A DNA stretch of 64,000 bases from Dehalococcoidia bacterium (lineage in GTDB: Bacteria > Chloroflexota > Dehalococcoidia > UBA2979): NCBI GenBank assembly GCA_041690175.1, contig JAWLHV010000004.1:238097-302096 (forward strand). Direction: 5' to 3'. How positions within the stretch are numbered: position 1 is the first letter of the stretch; each line of letters opens with the position of its first letter. Below, in pieces: positions 28,542-35,606 of this stretch. A model generated the notes under the pieces. The model searched no databases, was not told the origin of the DNA, and was given only the letters and a program-made list of their open reading frames with translations. The position numbers and the translations under genes were made by a program.

Positions 28542-29309
28542 ATGAACCTGCGCGCCGAGGGCATCTCGCTCTCCTACCGCGGCCGCGAGGTGGTGCACGA
28601 CGTCTCGCTGTCCGTGGCCGCCGGGGAGTTCGCAGCCATCGTGGGGCCGAATGCCAGCGGCAAGAGCACGCTGCTCCGAGGGCTGGCACGGGTGATGCGC
28701 CCGGACCGCGGACGGGTCTTCCTGGGCGACGACGACATCTGGGCGCTGGGCGCCCGCGAGGTCGCTCGACGCCTGGCGATCCTGCCGCAGATGCAGCAAC
28801 TGGACATCGACCTGGTGGTGGAGGAACTCGTGTGGCGTGGCCGCACCCCGCACCACCGCTTCCTGCGCCCGGCGACTCCCGAGGACTCCGCTGCCGTGGA
28901 GCGCGCGATTGCCGCCACGAACCTGGACGCGTTGCGGGAGCGTCCGCTGCGCGCGCTCTCCGGCGGGGAGCGCCAACGCGCGTGGCTGGCCCTGGCGCTG
29001 GCGCAGGAGCCGCGGGTGCTGCTGCTGGACGAGCCCACGACGTTCCTGGACCTGCGCCACCAGGTGGAACTGATGGACGTGCTGCGCACCCTCAACCAGC
29101 GGGGCCTCACGGTGGTGGCCGTGCTGCACGACCTGGCGCTGGCCAGCCGCTACGCGCAGCGCGTGATCGGCATCCACGACGGCCGCGTCGCCTTCCAGGG
29201 GCCGCCGGAGCAGGTGATGACGGAGGTGGTGCTGGAGCAGGTCTTCGGCATCCCCATGACCATGGTCACGGACCCTCGCACCGGCCGCCTGGTGCCCATG
29301 CCGTCGTAG
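28542..29309 (+). CDS. FepC/BtuD-family ABC ATPase
   Basis: GPNASGKST, LSGGERQR, LLLDEPTTFLD, VLHDL. Confidence 0.93.
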   Translation: MNLRAEGISLSYRGREVVHDVSLSVAAGEFAAIVGPNASGKSTLLRGLARVMRPDRGRVFLGDDDIWALGAREVARRLAILPQMQQLDIDLVVEELVWRGRTPHHRFLRPATPEDSAAVERAIAATNLDALRERPLRALSGGERQRAWLALALAQEPRVLLLDEPTTFLDLRHQVELMDVLRTLNQRGLTVVAVLHDLALASRYAQRVIGIHDGRVAFQGPPEQVMTEVVLEQVFGIPMTMVTDPRTGRLVPMPS

Positions 29310-29316
29310 GGTCGTC

Positions 29317-29640
29317 CTAGGCGGGTGCGCCCGGCCCGCCGCCTGGAGTGGGGCCGGCGCCGGGGGGCGCCTTCGGCTGGTCCCACAGGCCGTGTGAGTG
29401 TCCCGCCGTCCCGGCGCCGTGCGAGTGCCCCCGGTGCGACCACCCGCCCGGCTGCGGCCGAGCCGCCTTCTGCGCCGTCGCGGGATCCTGCGCCACGCCG
29501 CCCAGGGCCAGTGGTGTGAAGACGCGCCGCGCCTCCGCGCCGCAGGCGGGACAGTGGGCAGGCTCGCGCATGGCGGAGATCTTCCGGGAGACCTCGAACT
29601 CCGCGCCGCACGCGTCACAGTGGAAGGGGTAGATGGGGAT
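29317..29640 (-). CDS. FmdB-family zinc-ribbon protein with His-rich tail
   Basis: (I)PIYPFHCDACG...CPACG...RRVF; tail SHRGHSHGAGTAGHSH; start is ATC at 29640 or ATG at 29682. Confidence 0.8.
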   Translation of the reverse strand: MPIYPFHCDACGAEFEVSRKISAMREPAHCPACGAEARRVFTPLALGGVAQDPATAQKAARPQPGGWSHRGHSHGAGTAGHSHGLWDQPKAPPGAGPTPGGGPGAPA

Positions 29641-29752
29641 GGCGGGTGCCCCTCGTCCGGTTGCCGGGGTACCGTGGAGCATCCCCGCTACTGCGAACAT
29701 TCGCAGGAAGCACTCGGCGGGGCAAGCCCGCCGGCCAAGAGAGGCGCAGCGT

Positions 29753-30469
29753 ATGGCCCACGTCATGGTGATCGCGGACAAGGACATCCCGTGGGAGCGC
29801 ACGCGCGAGTTGCGCGACCTCTGCCAGACGTTCGCTGCCTTCCTGGGCGAGCCCGTAGAGTTCGCCTACGTGCGCCCGGAACTCGCGGACCTGGCGCGCC
29901 TCTCCGTGGCCCCCATGACCGGCGACGACCCCATCGAGGTACTCCAGCCCGTGCGCGTCCAGACCCAGGGGATGGCCGCGGCGGACATGGTTGTGGACGC
30001 AGACGGGCGCCCGGACTGGAGCGCGATGTGGGAGTCCTTCTGCGAACTGGCGTACTTCGGTGGCCCACCCCATCGCGGCCCGGACAGCGTGGTGCGTCCG
30101 CCTTCCCGGCTGGCTGATATCCCGGCGCCCGTCGCTGGCGAGTTTGACCCCGTGGCCGAGATCCGCCGCGGAATCTACATGACCACGGGGCTGTTCTCGG
30201 AGCCCTCCGATGAGCCGGGGTGGCTGGCAATCACCTGTCGCTCCCGGCAGCAGGCGGCGTGGATGTGCGCCTGCGTGATCCTGGAGAACGTGGACGCGCG
30301 CCTGGACGAGGAGGACCGCCTGCTGGTTCCCGCTAGCGCGGACTTCACCCTGAAGGACCAGGTGAAGAGCGTCATCACGGTGGTGGCCAAGGTGGCCCAC
30401 TACTGGCAGATGCACGCACTGGTCTACGGCCTGGACGACGGTGCCGCCGAGGACGCGGCGGGCGCGTGA
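29753..30469 (+). CDS. Hypothetical protein (FCxLAxxGGPPHRG type)
   Basis: WSAMWESFCELAYFGGPPHRG, AEIRRGI..TTG, ENVDAR, KSVITVVAK..HYW; GAGG RBS; stop overlaps ybaK start. Confidence 0.75.
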   Translation: MAHVMVIADKDIPWERTRELRDLCQTFAAFLGEPVEFAYVRPELADLARLSVAPMTGDDPIEVLQPVRVQTQGMAAADMVVDADGRPDWSAMWESFCELAYFGGPPHRGPDSVVRPPSRLADIPAPVAGEFDPVAEIRRGIYMTTGLFSEPSDEPGWLAITCRSRQQAAWMCACVILENVDARLDEEDRLLVPASADFTLKDQVKSVITVVAKVAHYWQMHALVYGLDDGAAEDAAGA

Positions 30470-30933
30470 CGCCGGCGGTGGAAGCGGCGAAGGCGGCGGG
30501 CATCGCCTACGAGGTCGTGCAGTACGAGCACGACCCGGCAGCGGAGTCCTACGGCCTGGAGGCGGCTGAGACGCTGGGCGTGGCGCCGGAGCGCGTGTTC
30601 AAGACCCTGCTGGCAAAGGTGGACGGCCGCACCCTCGCGGTCGGGATCGTGCCGGTGGCGCAGCGCCTGGACCTGAAGGCGTTGGCCGCGGCGGCAGGCG
30701 GGCGCAAGGCGGAGATGGCAGACCCGGCGGAGGCGCAGCGCGCCACCGGCTACGTGGTGGGCGGCATCAGCCCGCTGGGCCAGAAGCGCCGCCTGGTGAC
30801 CGTGCTGGACGAGTCCGCACTGGCCCACGACACGATCTACGTGAGCGGCGGACGGCGAGGGCTGGAGATCGTGTTGGCCCCCGCGGACCTGCTCCGCCTG
30901 ACGGACGGCGGAGCAGCGCCCATCGCGCGGTAG
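30466..30933 (+). CDS. ybaK: Cys-tRNA(Pro) deacylase
   Basis: MTPAV, RVFKTLL, TGYVVGGISPLGQK, IYVSGGRRGLEI. Confidence 0.92.
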   Translation: MTPAVEAAKAAGIAYEVVQYEHDPAAESYGLEAAETLGVAPERVFKTLLAKVDGRTLAVGIVPVAQRLDLKALAAAAGGRKAEMADPAEAQRATGYVVGGISPLGQKRRLVTVLDESALAHDTIYVSGGRRGLEIVLAPADLLRLTDGGAAPIAR

Positions 30934-30950
30934 CAGGCCCCAAGCCTGGC

Positions 30951-31124
30951 CTAGTCGCCGTCCTCGCCTCGAGGCCCCCGGCTGGCCAGCGCGAACGCGC
31001 CGCCGGCCAGCACGAACGAGGCGAGGGCGATCGCGCCCGCGCGCACGGGGTCCAGCGTGGCCATCAGGGCGATGCCGCCGAAGAGCAGTCCCACGGTGAG
31101 CCCAGCCTGCAGGAAGACGCGCAC
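30951..31124 (-). CDS. Small 2-TM hypothetical protein
   Basis: 57 aa, two hydrophobic helices, starts 4 nt after the kinase stop. Confidence 0.45.
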   Translation of the reverse strand: MRVFLQAGLTVGLLFGGIALMATLDPVRAGAIALASFVLAGGAFALASRGPRGEDGD

Positions 31125-31128
31125 CCGC

Positions 31129-32127
31129 TCAGGCGTTCGCGGCGGTGGCGGGGACCGCGGACGGGGCCGCCCGCACCGCGCCCAGTGGGATGCGCACGTC
31201 CACGCTGGTACCACCTCGAGGGCGCGACTCCACCGAGAATGCGGCCCCCACGGACTCCGCGCGCTCGCGCATGCTCACCAGGCCCAGCCCAGCGCCGGCG
31301 GCGTCCTCCGGGTGGAACCCGGGGCCAGAGTCGGTGACCCGCAGTTGCAGGTGGTCACCCTGCTCGTGCAGGTCTACCCGGATGTGGCCGTCCTGCGTGT
31401 GCTTCAGGGCGTTGGCCAGCGCCTCCTGCAGGATGCGGAAGACGGCGATCGAGCGCTCGGCGTCCAGCGGGGCGAGCGTCTGCTGGCCCGCGTAGACCAC
31501 CTCGCGGCCGGTCCGCTGGGCGGCCTCGCGGCACTGGCGCTCGACCGCCGCTGCCAGGCCGAGTTCGGCCAGCAGGGGTGGGTGAAGGGCGCGCACCACG
31601 GCGCGGATGTCATCCGACGCGTCGCGGATGGCCTCCATGGCAGCGGAGACGCGCTCCGGTTCCACGGCGGCGCCCTCTGCCGCAGAGCGCGCGGCGGCAT
31701 CCAGTTGCATGAAGGTCAGCGTGAGCGCCTGGAGCGGGCCGTCGTGCAGGTCCTTGGCTACCGCACGGCGGGTCTCTTCCTCCGCGTGCATGAGGCGGTG
31801 GGCCAGGCGGCGCTGCTGTCGCGCGCGGCTGCGCACCTCGGCGGCCAGCGCGTCCTGTGATCGCGCGGCGTCCTGCGCGTCATCCAACAGCCGGGACAGC
31901 ATGAGGTAGAGCGCCGCCCCCGTGACCGCCACGAACCCCAGGCCCTTCAGGGTCTGCGCGAGCATTGCCTGGCCGTCAGGGATCACGAGGCCCAGCAGCC
32001 AGTCACTGCCGACGATCCAGGCCGATCCGGCCAGGGCGTAGACCCCGGCCACGAACGCGGCCGGCCGCAAGCGGCCCATGCGGGCCGGTTCCGTGCCGGA
32101 CTGTAGGTTGGTCTCCGTGCGAATCAT
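31129..32127 (-). CDS. HisKA_3 (NarX/UhpB-type) sensor histidine kinase
   Basis: 2 TM, H-box AKDLHDGPLQ, FRILQEALANALKH, DSGPGF, GLGLVSMRERA. Confidence 0.92.
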   Translation of the reverse strand: MIRTETNLQSGTEPARMGRLRPAAFVAGVYALAGSAWIVGSDWLLGLVIPDGQAMLAQTLKGLGFVAVTGAALYLMLSRLLDDAQDAARSQDALAAEVRSRARQQRRLAHRLMHAEEETRRAVAKDLHDGPLQALTLTFMQLDAAARSAAEGAAVEPERVSAAMEAIRDASDDIRAVVRALHPPLLAELGLAAAVERQCREAAQRTGREVVYAGQQTLAPLDAERSIAVFRILQEALANALKHTQDGHIRVDLHEQGDHLQLRVTDSGPGFHPEDAAGAGLGLVSMRERAESVGAAFSVESRPRGGTSVDVRIPLGAVRAAPSAVPATAANA

Positions 32128-32347
32128 CGCCAAGCCATTCCTGCTCGACTGAGATCGATGACACGTAGCCGCCTGGCTGGGACTATAACAGCGCGAACGT
32201 GTCGAGTAGGTGTCGCGTGTTACGCGCGGGGAGATCGTTCGCACAGCCGTAATCATTGAGGGCAGGCGAGCGCGCCGCCTTTTGAGGACGCTTTCCGCGC
32301 TCCGCGAGGCCTGAAGTTGCGCGTCCCGGCGCCGGGGTGTTCACTCA

Positions 32348-32455
32348 GCCCTCGTGGTGTTCGGGGAAGCCGGTGCGATTCCGGCGCTGTCCCGCAACTG
32401 TAACCGCGTCGAGGGCGCCCTCGGGGTGGAAGCCAGAGTACCGGCCCGCGTGTTT
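32348..32455 (+). promoter_or_regulatory. Cobalamin riboswitch aptamer
   Basis: GGGAAGCCGGTGCGATTCCGGCGCTGTCCCGCAACTGTAA...AAGCCAGAGTACCGGCC (B12 box), upstream of a BtuF-like gene; boundaries approximate. Confidence 0.92.
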
Positions 32456-32533
32456 GTCGAACCTGCGAGGACAGGCGACGGCAACGCGAGCCGGACGGCT
32501 GATCCCCGCCCCGCCCGCCGAGCCTTCACACCT

Positions 32534-32564
32534 GCCCCCTCGCACCAGGAGGGGGCTTCTTGTT
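32534..32564 (+). terminator. Putative attenuator terminator in the riboswitch expression platform
   Basis: GCCCCCTC/GAGGGGGC stem followed by TTCTTGTT. Confidence 0.55.
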
Positions 32565-32592
32565 GCCTCCTCCCGTGCAGGAGGTACCTGGA

Positions 32593-33588
32593 ATGACCGT
32601 GTCACTCAGCCGTTGGCGAGCAGGACTCGCCCCGGGGCTCGTCGTCGCCGCGCTGCTGCTCGTAGCCTGCAGTGGGGACAGCGCCACGCCCACCCCCAGC
32701 GCAGCGGGCGCTTCGCCTACCGCCACCAGCCCAGCCACCGGCCCGGCAACGAGCACGCCGACGGCGCCCGCGATCGTCGAGGCCGTGGACTCCGGAGGCG
32801 CCACGCTGACCCTCGAGGATCCGGCGCAGCGGATCGTCTCGCACTCCCCCGGGGCCACGGAGATCCTGTTCGCCCTGGGGGCCGGTGCGCAGGTGGTGGC
32901 CGCCGACGAGTTCTCGGACTACCCGGCGGAGGCCGCGGCGCTGCCGAAGGTGGCGTACACCTCGCCTGACCCGGAGCAGGACCTGGCCCATGACCCGGAC
33001 CTGGTGATCCTCGCGGGGAACCAGCAGCAGAGCGTGGCCCAGTTCCGCACCGTGGGCCTGCCGGTCTTCTACCTGGAGGAGCCCACCGACCTGGAGGGCG
33101 TGGTGGAGAGCATCCGCACGCTGGGCGTCCTGGCAGGCAGGGAGGCGGAGGCGGCCACGTTGGCCGCAGACATGGAGGAGCGCCTGGACGCCGCGCGGGC
33201 GGCCGTGGCGGACGTAGAGGCGGGGCCTCGCGTCTTCTACGAACTGGACTCCACGCTGTACACGGTGAGCCCGGACACCTTCATTGGTTCAGCGCTCGCG
33301 CTGTTGAAGGCGCAGAACATCGCGGAAGGCGCCACGTCCGTGTATCCGCAACTTTCAGCGGAGGCGGTGGTGGCTGCCGATCCCGAGGTGATCCTGCTGG
33401 CCGACCACGCGTTCGGCGTGAGCATCGAGTCCGTGGGCGAGCGGCCCGGCTGGTCGGATATCGCCGCGGTCCGTGACGGCCGGATCTTCCCGGTGGACCA
33501 GGACATCCTCTCCCGTCCCGGCCCTCGCATCGTGGACGGCATCGAGTCGCTCGCGGTGATGCTGTACCCGGACCGTTTCGAGGACTGA
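32593..33588 (+). CDS. btuF: Cobalamin-binding ABC lipoprotein
   Basis: Lipobox LVAC, RIVSHSPGATEILFALG, SDYP, YPQLSAEAV, SRPGPRIVDG; downstream of the B12 riboswitch. Confidence 0.85.
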   Translation: MTVSLSRWRAGLAPGLVVAALLLVACSGDSATPTPSAAGASPTATSPATGPATSTPTAPAIVEAVDSGGATLTLEDPAQRIVSHSPGATEILFALGAGAQVVAADEFSDYPAEAAALPKVAYTSPDPEQDLAHDPDLVILAGNQQQSVAQFRTVGLPVFYLEEPTDLEGVVESIRTLGVLAGREAEAATLAADMEERLDAARAAVADVEAGPRVFYELDSTLYTVSPDTFIGSALALLKAQNIAEGATSVYPQLSAEAVVAADPEVILLADHAFGVSIESVGERPGWSDIAAVRDGRIFPVDQDILSRPGPRIVDGIESLAVMLYPDRFED

Positions 33589-33598
33589 GGCAGCAAGG

Positions 33599-33632
33599 GA
33601 GGCGGCGCCCGAGTTCACCACGGCGCCGCCTC
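33599..33632 (+). terminator. GC-rich hairpin after btuF
   Basis: GAGGCGGCGCC/GGCGCCGCCTC 11-bp stem; no U-tail. Confidence 0.5.
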
Positions 33633-33751
33633 TGCCCGCATCGCATATCACGCAGGGAATCCTCGACGCGGCGCCCGCAGATTTGGCACCGTTTGCCGCG
33701 GACGAGAACGCCGCTAGAGTGGGCGACGGCGGGGGGTTCCGGAGCAGGCGT

Positions 33752-34984
33752 TTGTCCGCACGTACCCTTGCCCTTGTCGCGTCCGCGATCGCCCTGGCCG
33801 GGGCGCTCTCACTGACCCTCTCGGTGACGCAGGTCCGTCATGTCTCCGCGCAGGAGGCGGCTCCCGGTGCGCGCATCGTGGAGGTCGCCCATCAGTCGCT
33901 GCACCAGTGGGAAGGCCAGTGCTTTCCCTGGGTCAAGCGAGTGGTGGAAGCCGCTACCGGTAACCGCATGGGATTTGGCTACCGGGACGGCTACCTGTCC
34001 GGTGGCGCCGTCGAGGTGCCATTCGACTCCGTACAGCCCGGCGACATCGTGCAGATCGCGGACGACGCGAACAGCGGCCCCGGCGCGTCCTATCCCGGCC
34101 TCCACACCTCGATCGTGGTGGAGCGGCTGGCGAACGGCCTGCTCACGGTCATTGACTCCAACTCGCAGTGGGACGGCATCGTCCGCGTGCGCGAGAACTA
34201 CGACGCCCTGGGCGCCGCCGCCCGCTATCCCAACCTCAACGTGCGCGCGTATCGCTTCGGGGCCACCTCACAGGCCCCGGCGCCGCCGCCCACGCAGGAG
34301 GGCACGCAGGCTCAGACGCTCACCCCCGGCGGGCAGGCGCGCGTGGCCGGCGAGGGCGAGTGCCTCCGCCTCCGCGCGACGCCCGGCACCGGCGGCTTCA
34401 TCGTCCGCTGTCTGCCGGACACCTCGATCGTGCAGGTGCTGGAGGGCAGCATCTTCGCGGACGGGTTCACGTGGCAGTACGTCCAGGCGGGGACTGACGT
34501 GGGCTGGGTGGCCAGCGAGTTCCTCGTGCCGCTCTCCTCCACGCCGCCGCCGGCCACCCCCACACCTGCTCCGACACCCTCCCCTACGCCTTCGCCGACA
34601 CCATCACCGACCCCCGCCCCGATCTCCAGCACCACGGGCACGCTCACGGGATCGCTGCCCACGAGCGGCGGGCCCGGCATCCTGCTGTGGTCCGGAGGCT
34701 CCATGGAGTCGCTCATCGTCTCGGCCAGCGGGGGCGGCTGCTCGGTGCTCTCCGCCTGGGTGACGGTGGACGGGCGCTTCCTCGGCTACACCGCCGGCGC
34801 ACCAGCGTTCGTCAACGCGCAGTGGCGCGAGCGCTATCCAGGCGACCTGCCCGCCCAGCCGCTGATCCTGATCTGCGGCGGTGGGGGCACCAGCGCACCG
34901 CCGGCGACCACGCCGGACCCGGGCGGGTCGCCCAGCACGCCGCAGGACGGCTCACCCCCGGGCCCCGCGGGCAACGAGGACTGA
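33752..34984 (+). CDS. Secreted CHAP-like amidase + SH3b-like domain protein
   Basis: Signal peptide; GQCFPWV...PGDIVQ...HTSIV...VIDSN; LRLRATPG...GWVASEFL; Pro/Thr linker; start uncertain (TTG after GGAG). Confidence 0.7.
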   Translation: MSARTLALVASAIALAGALSLTLSVTQVRHVSAQEAAPGARIVEVAHQSLHQWEGQCFPWVKRVVEAATGNRMGFGYRDGYLSGGAVEVPFDSVQPGDIVQIADDANSGPGASYPGLHTSIVVERLANGLLTVIDSNSQWDGIVRVRENYDALGAAARYPNLNVRAYRFGATSQAPAPPPTQEGTQAQTLTPGGQARVAGEGECLRLRATPGTGGFIVRCLPDTSIVQVLEGSIFADGFTWQYVQAGTDVGWVASEFLVPLSSTPPPATPTPAPTPSPTPSPTPSPTPAPISSTTGTLTGSLPTSGGPGILLWSGGSMESLIVSASGGGCSVLSAWVTVDGRFLGYTAGAPAFVNAQWRERYPGDLPAQPLILICGGGGTSAPPATTPDPGGSPSTPQDGSPPGPAGNED

Positions 34985-35000
34985 CCCGCTTGTCGGGACG

Positions 35001-35477
35001 CTAGCCCTGTAGGGCGGCCTCTACCTGGTCAAGGTGGTTGCCGTCGTGTCGAGGGCCGCCCATCACCAGCAGGTCCGCCACGCTCGCCTCGCCGGGGCGG
35101 AAGCCCAGCGGGATCACGCGCTCCAGGAGCGCCTCGTCCAGCGCCTGCACGGCCTGCACCGCGGCCTGGTGGCCGTCCCGGATCTCGTCCAGGATCGCCT
35201 CCACCGGGCGGTCGCTCCGCTCCGCCACCTGCCCGGCATTGATCTCGTCGATGCTGCCCGGGGCCGGGGCCGGCGTGCCGCCGGAGGCCGCCTCCACCCG
35301 CGCGAGCACGCGCACCACGCCGTTGCTGCGCGCGGCCAGGTGGCTCAGGGCGTCCCGGACGCGCCAGGCGCCCTCCGGCAGCGGCGCCTCGGGCTGCTCC
35401 AGGATGCGGGGGCGGAGCGCCTGCAGGCGCTCGTCCACGGTGCGGACGGCGGCGATGAAGTCTTCTCGGCTGGTCAT
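35001..35477 (-). CDS. DinB/MDMPI-like superfamily protein
   Basis: WRVRDALSHLA and C-terminal HDGNH; CAGGAG RBS. Confidence 0.75.
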   Translation of the reverse strand: MTSREDFIAAVRTVDERLQALRPRILEQPEAPLPEGAWRVRDALSHLAARSNGVVRVLARVEAASGGTPAPAPGSIDEINAGQVAERSDRPVEAILDEIRDGHQAAVQAVQALDEALLERVIPLGFRPGEASVADLLVMGGPRHDGNHLDQVEAALQG

Positions 35478-35606
35478 GCGGGTCTCCTGTGGGTGGGCGG
35501 TGCCGCGCATGGTACGACGTGCCGGGCGGCGTACACTGCCGCCGTCCCGTCCCCGAGTGAATGGCCCCCCGAGCGGGTGGGACGTGCGACGGAGTGGAGC
35601 AGCACC

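Noticed and set aside
34555-34620. Short tandem repeats (also 26475-26560, 38537-38571, 49283-49356)
   Set aside because: In-frame Pro/Thr/Ala or VAPP linkers; not CRISPR or mobile repeats
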